64,000 nucleotides of DNA from Dissulfurispiraceae bacterium. GTDB taxonomy: Bacteria > Nitrospirota > Thermodesulfovibrionia > Thermodesulfovibrionales > Dissulfurispiraceae. The notes beneath the pieces are model-generated. The model worked only from the letters and a program-made list of their open reading frames with translations, was not told the origin of the DNA and ran no database searches. Location: assembly GCA_034002665.1 (NCBI GenBank), contig JAVFAA010000001.1, positions 300,748 to 364,747 of the forward strand, given 5' to 3'. Each line of letters begins with the position of its first letter. Position 1 is the stretch's first letter. Position numbers and translations under genes: made by a program. This document shows positions 29,741 to 39,600 of the stretch, piece by piece.

Positions 29741-30703
29741 ATGCGGGCCCTTGTAACAGGTCCAACAGGATTTATCGGAAGCCATCTTGTCGAGGCATTA
29801 CTCGCAGATGGCTTTTCTGTAAAATGTCTTGTAAGGAGTAGTTCTGATACAAGCAGGCTTGACGGACTTGATGTCAAATTAATATATGGCGATTGTGCTG
29901 AAAGGGAGACTATAAATAAAGCAGTATCTGATGTTGATTATGTTTTCCATCTTGCAGGGCTGACAAAGGTCAGATTCGAAAGAGATGCATACAGGGCGAA
30001 TGCGCTCGGTACTAAAAATGTTGTTGAAGCTGCTGCTGAAAATAACAGATCCCTCTCAAGGTTTGTCTATGTCAGCAGCCTTGCAGCTGCAGGTCCGAGC
30101 ATGGACAGTCTGCCTGTCAATGAAGACATGGAGCCTCATCCGGTATCTGTGTACGGCAGAACAAAACTTGCCGGCGAAGTGTATGTTGCACAGAATGCAG
30201 ATAAAATTCCTGTAACAATAATAAGGCCTCCGGCTGTTTACGGTCCGAGAGACAGAGACATGCTTGTGTTGTTCAAGATGGCAAAACTCGGCATAGCTCC
30301 GGTATGGGGAAAGTCCTACTACTCCTTTATTTATGTCATGGATCTTGTGCGTGGTATAATACTTGCAGCCCGTTCAGACAGAGCTGTGAACGAGACTTTT
30401 TTTCTTACAGATGGTAATATGTATTCGTCTGATCAGGTTCTTTCAGAGGTTGCTGCATCACTCGGGAAAAATCCTTTCAGAATCAGGATGCCCGAATTCG
30501 TGATGCCTTTTATAGCTTCGTTTGCAGAGAGATTCAAGAGTTGTTCTATAATAAACGCAGACAAGATTAGAGAGATAAAACACAAGAACTGGACTTGTGA
30601 TTCGGCGAAGGCGGTCAGGCTTACTGGATTCAAGCCTGAAGTAAAACTAAAGGATGGGGTGAGATGGACAGCAGACTGGTACAGGACTCATCAATGGCTG
30701 TAA
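29741..30703 (+). CDS. NAD-dependent epimerase/dehydratase-family reductase (CerR-like candidate)
   Basis: 320 aa with an N-terminal [10 protein letters not shown] Rossmann motif and the YGRTK catalytic motif of extended SDRs. Confidence 0.85.
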   Translation: MRALVTGPTGFIGSHLVEALLADGFSVKCLVRSSSDTSRLDGLDVKLIYGDCAERETINKAVSDVDYVFHLAGLTKVRFERDAYRANALGTKNVVEAAAENNRSLSRFVYVSSLAAAGPSMDSLPVNEDMEPHPVSVYGRTKLAGEVYVAQNADKIPVTIIRPPAVYGPRDRDMLVLFKMAKLGIAPVWGKSYYSFIYVMDLVRGIILAARSDRAVNETFFLTDGNMYSSDQVLSEVAASLGKNPFRIRMPEFVMPFIASFAERFKSCSIINADKIREIKHKNWTCDSAKAVRLTGFKPEVKLKDGVRWTADWYRTHQWL

Positions 30704-31893
30704 AGAAGAACACTGACATATTCGACAAGTGCTTCAAATTCAGCACAGCCAAAGAACTTCAACAGGCTGGCATATATCCATTCTTCAGAATGATAGAGAG
30801 TGCTCAGGAGCCTGTTGTTACAATGAACGGCAAGTCGATGGTTATGGTCGGTTCAAACAACTATCTTGGACTTACTAACCATCCTAAAGTTAAAGAAGCG
30901 GCAATAGCAGCGATTAAAAAATATGGTTCAGGATGCGCTGGTTCAAGATTTCTTAACGGCACTCTTGATATTCATGTGCAGCTTGAAGAGAAGCTCGCGG
31001 AGTTCATGCGCAAGGAAGCTGCCATTGTGTTTTCAACAGGCTTTCAGGTTAATCTCGGCGTCATATCAGCACTTGTTGCCAAGGATGATGTTGTTGTGAT
31101 AGACAAGATGGACCATGCCAGTATTGTTGACGGATGCAGGCTCTCTTTTGGTGAGGTCAAACGCTTCAGGCACAATGATATGGCAGACCTTGACCGCGTG
31201 CTTGGAGACAACAACGGTAGGGGCAAGCTTGTAGTTGTTGACGGAGTCTTCAGCATGGAGGGAGACATAGTTGATCTGCCCGAGACTCTCAAAATTGCAA
31301 AGGCCCACGGCGCAAGACTGATGGTTGATGATGCGCATGGCATAGGCGTACTCGGCAGTACAGGAAGAGGTACTTGCGAACACTTTGGGCTTGAAGACGA
31401 AGTTGACCTGATAATGGGTACATACAGCAAATCACTCGCATCAATCGGCGGATTTATTGCCGGAGATGCGGATGTCGTGCACTACATAAAGCATACTGCA
31501 AGAGCTCTCATATTCAGCGCCAGCCCGCCGCCCGCATCAGTTGCAGCAGTAAGCGCTGCACTTGATGTCATAGACAGCGAGCCTGAGCGCATTGCAAATC
31601 TCTGGAAAAATACAAACAAGATGCTTGATGGCTTCAGATCAATGGGCTTTGAAATAGGACCTACGCAGACACCGATCATTCCTGTAATTGTCGGAGCTGA
31701 TGAGACAGCATTCAAATTTGCGATGATGCTCCAGGAAGAGGGAGTGTTCGCGAATGTTGCGGTGTCGCCTGCAGTGCCTCCTGGAAAGGCGCTGATCAGA
31801 ACGAGCTATATGGCAACTCATACAGATGAACACCTTGATCTGGTTCTTAACGCTTTCAGCAAGGTGGGCAAAAAACTCGGGATCATTTCCTGA
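30694..31893 (+). CDS. Alpha-oxoamine synthase family PLP enzyme (serine palmitoyltransferase / KBL / BioF-like)
   Basis: About 399 aa from MAVKK (an alternative Met lies at 30664). It has [10 protein letters not shown] and the PLP-lysine motif [13 protein letters not shown]. Confidence 0.85.
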   Translation: MAVKKNTDIFDKCFKFSTAKELQQAGIYPFFRMIESAQEPVVTMNGKSMVMVGSNNYLGLTNHPKVKEAAIAAIKKYGSGCAGSRFLNGTLDIHVQLEEKLAEFMRKEAAIVFSTGFQVNLGVISALVAKDDVVVIDKMDHASIVDGCRLSFGEVKRFRHNDMADLDRVLGDNNGRGKLVVVDGVFSMEGDIVDLPETLKIAKAHGARLMVDDAHGIGVLGSTGRGTCEHFGLEDEVDLIMGTYSKSLASIGGFIAGDADVVHYIKHTARALIFSASPPPASVAAVSAALDVIDSEPERIANLWKNTNKMLDGFRSMGFEIGPTQTPIIPVIVGADETAFKFAMMLQEEGVFANVAVSPAVPPGKALIRTSYMATHTDEHLDLVLNAFSKVGKKLGIIS

Positions 31894-31902
31894 TAAACAG
31901 AA

Positions 31903-33024
31903 GTGATGCCTGACAATATAGTTATCAAGGAAGTAATTTCAAAAAGGGATGTTGATGTATTTATCAACATCCCTTTTCATATTTATAAGGACGACAGTAT
32001 TTATGTGCATGAACTCATGCGCGACCTGAGAGTACACTTCTCTGTAAAAAATCCTTTTTTCCTCAACTCTGATGTTAAATTTCATATCGCTTATAAAGAT
32101 GGCCTGCCGGCTGGACGCATCGCATCAATAATCAATAAAAATCATCTTGAGTTTCATAGAGATTCAACAGGTTTTTTCGGACTTTTTGAATCTGTAAATG
32201 ATCCTGAAGTTGCCTGCCGACTTGTAGACCAAGCTGCATCTGATCTGAAGAAGGCTTCTCTTAAAAAGATGATAGGCCCCATGAATATGTCAACAAATGA
32301 GCAGTGCGGATTTTTGGCAGAAGGAGTTGATATTCATCCCATGCTTATGACTCCTTATAATCCATACTATTACAATGACCTGATGTTGAAGTGCGGACTT
32401 GCCAAGTCCAGGGACCTGCTCGCCTTTCTTCATCAGCTCAGACCTGAACTTCCTGATAAGATACAACGCGTTGCTGCAATTGCAGAAAAGAAGGGTTACA
32501 CATCAAGATATATTTCAAAGAAAAATTTTCTCAGGGATATGATGATATTCAAGGAAGTATATAATGCAGCATGGCATGACAACTGGTGTTTTGTTCCTAT
32601 TACTGATGAAGAGCTGATCTACAGCGCAGGCAGGCTCAAGCAGATTGTTGTACCGGAGTTTGTATCTATAATAGAAAAGAATGGTGATCCGGTAGGCTTC
32701 TTCGGCATGGTGCCTGACTTTAATGAGGTGCTGAAACATATGAAGGGCAGGCTTAACCCAATAACACTTATAAAGGCGCTTCAGCACTCAAGAAAAATAT
32801 CAGGACTCAGAATCATGTTGTTAGGTGTAAAGCCTGAGCATAGAAACAGAGGTGTCGAGGCGCTGATGTTCAGGGAGTGCAACAGATTCATCAACCAAAA
32901 ACAGTATAAGCAGGTAGAGTTTTCATGGATACTTGAGGAAAATCAGCCTGTAATAAATATAACTGAAATGATAGGCTCAAAACTCTACAAAAAATTCAGA
33001 ATGTACGAAAAAGAGCTCAACTAA
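31903..33024 (+). CDS. GNAT-like N-acyltransferase (bacterial ceramide synthase-like candidate)
   Basis: 373 aa (GTG at 31903 or ATG at 31906). The C-terminal part is acetyltransferase motif-A-like (LGVKPEHRNRGVEALMF). Confidence 0.6.
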   Translation: MMPDNIVIKEVISKRDVDVFINIPFHIYKDDSIYVHELMRDLRVHFSVKNPFFLNSDVKFHIAYKDGLPAGRIASIINKNHLEFHRDSTGFFGLFESVNDPEVACRLVDQAASDLKKASLKKMIGPMNMSTNEQCGFLAEGVDIHPMLMTPYNPYYYNDLMLKCGLAKSRDLLAFLHQLRPELPDKIQRVAAIAEKKGYTSRYISKKNFLRDMMIFKEVYNAAWHDNWCFVPITDEELIYSAGRLKQIVVPEFVSIIEKNGDPVGFFGMVPDFNEVLKHMKGRLNPITLIKALQHSRKISGLRIMLLGVKPEHRNRGVEALMFRECNRFINQKQYKQVEFSWILEENQPVINITEMIGSKLYKKFRMYEKELN

Positions 33025-34217
33025 AACTTTTTTAATACAAGCGCAGCATTCACCCCGCCAAATCCGAATGAATTTATAAGAGCATTGTTTATTGTCAGTC
33101 CTGTTCTCATTCTGTCTGATATGTTGACCCTGCAATCAGGATCAGGTCTGTCACTATTAATTGTAGCAGGCACAATCCCCTCAATCATGCTCATAACAGC
33201 GCATGCAGTCTCAAAAGCGCCTGAAGCAGCAAGCATATGTCCTGTTGAAGATTTTATGCCGCAGGCTGCAGGATAAAGTTTGCTGAACACAGAATTTATT
33301 GCTTCTGCCTCTACTGCATCACCAATTGGCGTTGATGTACCGTGACAGCTTATCAGATCAATTTCCGCAGGATTTTTACCGGCATCAGCAAGCGCGCTTT
33401 GAATCCCTGCAGATTCACCCGTAGCAAGAGGCTTTGTAAGGTGATAAGAATCAGTAGTATTTGCATATCCGATTATCTCGGCATAAATTCCTGCATTGCG
33501 GTTTATTGCATGTTCCATCTCTTCAAGTACAAGTACACAAGCACCTTCAGCAAGCACAAAGCCATCGCGTCTTTTATCAAAAGGTCTGCTTGCAGTATTT
33601 CCGGAATGTTTGGAGAGTGCCTTTGCACTTCCATATCCTTTAAGACAGATCGGGCAGACAGGCGCATCGCTTCCGCCGGCAAAAACAATTTGAGCGCTCC
33701 CGCATCTTATTAGTCTGGCTGCCTCGCCAACAGCATTTGTGCCTGATGAACAGGCATTTGATATGCCCATGCAGATTCCTTTTGCTCCCAGTTTGTATGC
33801 AGAAACAGAAGCAGCCATGCTTATGGTTGTTGCAGGCATCAGATAAGGAGATATTCTGGTTCTCAGAGCAATTGTATTTTCGAGACTGCTTATGCCGCCT
33901 CTGCTCGAGCCGATAACCACTCCTGCTGATTTTCGATTATCATGATTTATTAGCTCAGCATCATCAGCAGCCATTAAAGAAGCAGCAGCAGCAAAATGGA
34001 TGAATGGATCAAGATGAAGAGACTCTTTTCTGGATAAAAAAATCAGTGGATCAAAACCCTTAACCTGTCCTGCTGACTTCCATGGCATTTTAGAAACATC
34101 AAATGACTTGATAACATCAATGCCTGATCTCCCTTCTTTTATCGCGATCCATGATTCTGCAAATGAATTGCCCAATGGAGTTACTGCGCCCATGCCTGTA
34201 ATAACAACCCTTTTCAT
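33021..34217 (-). CDS. Beta-ketoacyl-ACP synthase II-like
   Basis: It starts at MKRVVITGMGAVTPLG (the track ORF extends 12 codons further upstream). It has an active-site Cys (ACSSGTNAVG), HGTSTPIGD and SFGFGGVNAALVL. Confidence 0.85.
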   Translation of the reverse strand: MKRVVITGMGAVTPLGNSFAESWIAIKEGRSGIDVIKSFDVSKMPWKSAGQVKGFDPLIFLSRKESLHLDPFIHFAAAASLMAADDAELINHDNRKSAGVVIGSSRGGISSLENTIALRTRISPYLMPATTISMAASVSAYKLGAKGICMGISNACSSGTNAVGEAARLIRCGSAQIVFAGGSDAPVCPICLKGYGSAKALSKHSGNTASRPFDKRRDGFVLAEGACVLVLEEMEHAINRNAGIYAEIIGYANTTDSYHLTKPLATGESAGIQSALADAGKNPAEIDLISCHGTSTPIGDAVEAEAINSVFSKLYPAACGIKSSTGHMLAASGAFETACAVMSMIEGIVPATINSDRPDPDCRVNISDRMRTGLTINNALINSFGFGGVNAALVLKKF

Positions 34218-34321
34218 GACAGATATAATAACATCCGGCTCACAAAACAGCATAAGAATGTATTGCCAATCAGCATGTTTAAGAGTAAAATTAGGACATT
34301 GCCGCGATACTTACGACTCTT

Positions 34322-35290
34322 ATGACACATCATGATAAATTTAAACGCGTGCTCTGGTTTGACAGCCAGGTAAAACACCAAAGGCATCCCAATGCAGGTA
34401 ATATTGCTGCACACTTTGAGGTGTCTTTAAGAACCGCACAAAGAGATATTGGTTATCTCAGAGATGATCTTAACGCTCCGCTGCATTTTAACCGGTCAAA
34501 AAACGGCTACTGCTACACTGATGAGACCTTTTCACTCCCTGCCTGCTGGCTTAATGAAGACAATGTAATAGCCCTCGCTCTGTCTGCCAGGCTCGCCTCA
34601 ACAATCCCTGATAAAGAGATAAAAAATGATCTCTCAGGAATAATACAAAGAGTCCTCTGCATATTCAGCAGCGCAACAGGGCTTAACACTGAGGCGCTCT
34701 CAGAAAAGGTTTCAGTAAAAAATGTAGAGTACGCAGCTATTGACGAACAAATATTTCATGCAGTAGTAAAAGCATTGTTCGATGCCTGCCCGATCAGCAT
34801 AACCTATTACTCGCCGCACAAAAACCAGACAACAGAGCGTACCATAATGCCGCTCCATCTGATGCACTATATGGGCAGCTGGCATCTCATAGCCTTCTGC
34901 TCATCCAGAAAAGATCTGCGTAATTTCAGCATATCCAGAATAAAATCCATACAGTTGTCAGACAGGATAATAAAAGTTCCTAAATCCATTGGTTCAATAA
35001 AAAACTATATACGAAGGCACTTTGGCATAATGCAGGGCGGTAGAACGCAAAATGTAAGATTAAAAATATCATCATCCATAGCAGCTTGGGTGAGTGAGCA
35101 GATATGGCACCCTGAGCAGAAGATGACATACTCAAAAGACGGCTCAATCGAACTTTCATTGCCTGTCGGTGATTTCAGAGAAATAAGACGCCGCATCCTG
35201 AGCTACGGTGCTGATATAGAAGTGCTGGAACCCAGAGAACTCAAAAAGGACATTAAAAACGAGATCTTGAGGATGGCTAAAAATATTTAG
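34322..35290 (+). CDS. HTH + WYL-domain transcriptional regulator
   Basis: 322 aa with an N-terminal HTH (IAAHFEVSLRTAQRDIGYLR) and a central WYL-type domain (ITYYSPHKNQTTERTIMPLHLMHYMGSWHLIAFCSSRKDLRNFSISRI). Confidence 0.8.
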   Translation: MTHHDKFKRVLWFDSQVKHQRHPNAGNIAAHFEVSLRTAQRDIGYLRDDLNAPLHFNRSKNGYCYTDETFSLPACWLNEDNVIALALSARLASTIPDKEIKNDLSGIIQRVLCIFSSATGLNTEALSEKVSVKNVEYAAIDEQIFHAVVKALFDACPISITYYSPHKNQTTERTIMPLHLMHYMGSWHLIAFCSSRKDLRNFSISRIKSIQLSDRIIKVPKSIGSIKNYIRRHFGIMQGGRTQNVRLKISSSIAAWVSEQIWHPEQKMTYSKDGSIELSLPVGDFREIRRRILSYGADIEVLEPRELKKDIKNEILRMAKNI

Positions 35291-35327
35291 CTGCCCTGAC
35301 ATAAAATGTCATAGTGGATGTGATAGG
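35248..35327. repeat. Direct repeat copy 1 (3' end of the WYL gene plus 37 bp downstream)
   Basis: 80 bp aligning without gaps to 36467-36546. About 70/80 positions are identical by manual alignment. Confidence 0.8.
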
Positions 35328-35418
35328 ATTTTAGTTAAAGAACCGTTTGCCGCAGTTTGAGCTTGTTGTTAGCAGACGAGCATTAATAAGAAATGTTTCT
35401 AAAATAACGAGGTTAAAT

Positions 35419-35748
35419 ATGGATACACATCTTGCAGTATTTAAAGGCAGACAGATAAGGCGGACACTTCACAATAATGAATGGTGGTTTTCGGTTGCTG
35501 ACATTGTGGAAGCTTTGACCGACACCAGAAACGCGACAGATTACATCAAGAAAATACGTCTTCGTGATGAGGAGTTAGCCAAAGGGTGGGGACAAATTGT
35601 CACCCTCCTTTCAATGGAAACATCTGGTGGCAGGCAAAAGATTAACTGTGCCAATACCGAGGGTGTCTTCCGAATAATCCAGTCTGTGCCATTACCTAAA
35701 GCGGTCTTTGATCTTACGTTGGCTATTCATGGAAGGAGAACATTATGA
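35419..35748 (+). CDS. Bro-N domain protein (short/truncated)
   Basis: [49 protein letters not shown] matches the Bro-N pattern. The ATG at 35419 has an upstream GAGG. Its stop overlaps the next gene's start (ATGA). Confidence 0.6.
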   Translation: MDTHLAVFKGRQIRRTLHNNEWWFSVADIVEALTDTRNATDYIKKIRLRDEELAKGWGQIVTLLSMETSGGRQKINCANTEGVFRIIQSVPLPKAVFDLTLAIHGRRTL

Positions 35749-36260
35749 CTACCACGCTTCCTACTGAGGTCATCGAGAAAAAGATACTCCTCATCCGGGA
35801 AGAAAAAGTCATGCTCGATGCCGACCTTGCAGAGTTATACGGGGTAGAGACCAAAATGCTCGTCAGAGCAGTTAAGAGGAATGCCGAGCGCTTCCCGGCA
35901 GACTTCATGATCCAGCTCGATATGAACGAGTTCGACAACTTGAGGTTCCAATTTGGCACCTCAAGCCGCTGGGGTGGCCGCCGGTATCTTCCGTATGCCT
36001 TTACCGAACAAGGAGTTGCCATGCTCTCCAGTGTCCTGAACAGCAAGCGCGCCGTGCAGGTGAACATAGAGATCATGCGTGCATTTGTGAAGCTCCGACA
36101 AATGCTCTCGTCCAATGCAGAACTGGCGCGCAGGCTCAATACGCTCGAAAAGAAATACGACTCCCAGTTCAAGGCAGTCTTTGACGCGATCCGGCAGCTC
36201 ATGATACCTCCGGAGCCGAAGAAAAAGAAAATCGGCTTTAAACGTGAGGTTGAAGAATGA
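35745..36260 (+). CDS. ORF6N (KilA-N-related) domain protein
   Basis: 171 aa. [60 protein letters not shown] is the typical ORF6N signature. The gene is GC-richer than its flanks. Confidence 0.8.
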   Translation: MTTTLPTEVIEKKILLIREEKVMLDADLAELYGVETKMLVRAVKRNAERFPADFMIQLDMNEFDNLRFQFGTSSRWGGRRYLPYAFTEQGVAMLSSVLNSKRAVQVNIEIMRAFVKLRQMLSSNAELARRLNTLEKKYDSQFKAVFDAIRQLMIPPEPKKKKIGFKREVEE

Positions 36261-36466
36261 GACCAGTCTATAAGAGCAGCAAAGTGACCGGCACTGCACA
36301 GAAAGACCTTGAAAAAAAGACCGGTAAAAAGGTTGTTTCTTCAGAGAACTATTTGACTGAGACGGAAAGGCTGAAGAGGATAGAGAGAAAGAAGTAGTGA
36401 ATAACTGCTCAAGCAGTATAGCGGTTTAAACGGATTAAGTAGTTTAAGCTTGTTTTTAGTAAGAGA

Positions 36467-36546
36467 GGACATTGAAAACGAGATTTTAAAGATGGCTAAA
36501 AATATTTAACAGCCCTGACATAAATTGGCATAGTGGGTGTGGTAGG
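36467..36546. repeat. Direct repeat copy 2 (relic WYL-gene 3' end, about 100 bp upstream of cas12a)
   Basis: It encodes ..DIENEILKMAKNI-stop, versus DIKNEILRMAKNI-stop in the intact gene. It aligns to 35248-35327. Confidence 0.8.
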
Positions 36547-36647
36547 CTGGAAGAGATGAGGTGGAGATGAATGAAAAAAGCAGCAGAACTAAAGCCTAAC
36601 AAGTTTTAGCTGATCAATATATCTTATATAGTAAAAGGAGATAACGC

Positions 36648-39600
36648 ATGGATAACAAGGGGCTTTTTGACAATTTTACAAATCAGTACCAAGTTTCAAA
36701 AACGCTTCGTTTTGAGCTTAAACCACAGGGTAAAACAGCAGAAACTATTAAAGCAAAAGGTTTTTTGGATAGGGACTATAAAAGAGCAGAAGATTATAAG
36801 AGAGCAAAAAAACTTATTGATGAATACCATAAGGACTTTATAGAAAAGGCACTTTCTGATAAAAAGTTATCCAGCCTTGAACAATATTATGAAGAATATA
36901 CGAGTTTGATGTCTAAGCCCATTGGAGAAAGAGATTCAAAAAAATTCGCTGGTATTAACGATGCTATGCGTAAGGAGATTGGAGAATGGCTGAAAGATAA
37001 CCCTCTGAAAGACGAAAAAAAGCTAATTCAGGAAATAGTTCCTGAGTTTTTAAGAAACCAGGGGAGAGATGAAGATGCAGAGGTGTTGTTAAGTTTTAAG
37101 GGGTTTACAACATATTTTAAAGGCTTTAATGAAAATAGAGAAAATATCTATACAAATAAAGAACAGTCAACTGCTATTGCATATAGGATTGTTGATGAAA
37201 ATCTGCCAAGATTTGTAGCAAATCTTTATACCTTTAATGATCGTTTAAGAAATCACCAGATCGACTTTTCAGAAGTTGAAAGTCTGATTGAGACAGAATT
37301 TAGTGGCGCTAAATTGGAAGATGTTTTTACTATCGCATATTTCAATTATTGTCTTACTCAAAAAGGAATTGACCGCTACAATGCTGTAATCGGCGGTAAA
37401 ACTGATTTCAACGGGAAGAAAATTCAAGGAATAAATGAAAAAATAAATCTTTTTAGACAGAGAGAAAAACTATCTCCTAAACAGGCTCCACTTTTAACCG
37501 TGCTTTATAAACAGATATTGAGTGATAGAGTAAGTCTTTCTTTTTTACCTGAAAAGTTCAAATCAGCAAATGAATTGGTTGCCGCAATAAGAGATTTTTA
37601 TTCAGAAGGCATTAATGGGTTTATAAAAGATGGACAAAAAAGTAATGTGATGGATGAAATAGAGAACCTATTTGCCAAAAAACTTAATCCTAATGATTGC
37701 GATCTATCTAAAGTTCATCTACAAAGCAGTTTTTTAACTGTTCTTTCGCATCAGTTGTTTGGAGATTTTAGTGTAATCAAAGATGCATTAAACGCATATA
37801 TTGAAAGTACATTCAAAACTAAAAAGGAAAAAGAAAAACAGAACAAAAGAAGATACTACACCATTGAGGAAATTGAGGCAGCATTAAAACAATATGTTCA
37901 GGATACAGAAATTGATAACAAACAAAAGACAAAAGAAATTTTAGATCAGGCAAATCCAATTATATATTATCTCAATGCACTTGTTAACAATGTCGAGATA
38001 GATGGCAAAAAACAGAAAGTCAATATTATTGCACATTTCAGAAGCCTGCAAGAAAATATACACAATGTTCTTGATAAAGATTATCGGTCTAATAGTGAAC
38101 TCCTTAGTGACAAAGGACATATCGCTGCAATTAAGAATTATCTTGACAGCTATAATGTTGTACTGCATTTTATCAAAGCGCTTTCTGTTCCGTCTGTCGC
38201 AGACAAAGAGATGGATCTTGTTGAAAAAGATGCACTCTACGCTGAATTTGAGGAGTTGTTATCACAACTTCAACTCGTTGTGCCGCTTTATAACAAAGTA
38301 CGAAACTTTATAACTCAAAAGCCATATTCAGTAGAAAAGTATAAATTGAACTTTGATAATGTCACTCTGCTTGATGGTTGGGATGTTAACAAAGAATCTG
38401 ATAATACATGTGTTATTCTGTGTAAAGACAGCTGCTACTATTTGGCTATTATGGATAAAAAACATAGCAGTATTTTTCGGGACATCAAGAGCACTGCTGA
38501 TGATGTGGAATGTTACGAAAAAATGTTTTACAAGTTATTGCCGGGTCCAAATAAAATGCTGCCAAAGGTGTTTTTTTCTAGCAGCAGGATTGAAGAATTT
38601 GCGCCATCTGCAGAGCTGCTAAATAAATATAAGGCTGGCACTCATAAAAAAGGAGATAATTTCTTACTCAGCGACTGTCATGCCCTTATTGATTTCTTCA
38701 AATCATCAATAGCTAAACATGAAGATTGGAAACAATTCAATTTTGATTTCTCTCCTACCAGTGCCTACCGTGACATTAGCGATTTTTACAAAGAGGTAGC
38801 ACACCAAGGATATAAGATCACTTTTAATAGGGTATCTGCCAAATATGTGGATCAGCTTGTTGCTGAAGGCAAATTATATCTCTTTCAAATTTATAATAAA
38901 GACTTTTCAGCTTATAGCAAGGGCAAACCAAGCCTATATACTCTTTATTGGAAAGCTGTTTTTGATCCTGAAAACCTCCAAGATGTTGTTGTCAAACTAA
39001 ATGGTGAGGCAGAGGTCTTTTTCAGACAAGCATCAATACCAGAAGGGCTAAAAACAGTGCATCCAGAAAACATACCTATCGACAACAAAAGCCCCTATAA
39101 TCCCAAGAAGCAGAGCGTATTTAAATACAAAATCATTAAAGATAAGAGATACACTGAGGATAAGTTTGCTTTTCATGTGTCTATAACGCTTAATTTTAAA
39201 GCAGGAGATGAGTACAAATTCAACGACAGGGTTAAGCAGGCTATAGGCGAATTGCCTGTTGATGATTTAAGGATAATAGGCATAGACAGGGGGGAGAGGC
39301 ATCTTGCTTACTATTCACTTATCAATTCTAAAGGAGAGATACTCAAACAAGATTCATTTAACATTATTGAGAATGAGGTTAAAGGCGCTAAATACAGAAC
39401 CGACTACCATGCAAGTCTTGTTGCCAGAGAAGAAGAAAGAGATAAAAATAGAAAGTCCTGGGGTGCGATCGAAACAATCAAAGAGCTTAAAGAGGGGTAT
39501 CTCTCACAGGTTGTGCATAAAATCGCTAAGTTGATGATTGAGCATAATGCTGTTGTTGCTCTCGAAGACCTCAACTTTGGGTTTAAACGCGGCAGAATGA

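Noticed and set aside
35723-36202. 159-aa minus-strand ORF opposite the ORF6N gene
   Set aside because: The plus-strand product has the clear ORF6N signature, whereas the antisense translation is Ser-rich and featureless.
37941-38622. Several 75-103-aa ORFs in alternative frames or the opposite strand within cas12a
   Set aside because: They are by-products of the A/T-rich cas12a coding sequence and lie fully inside a contiguous 1265-aa ORF with diagnostic motifs.
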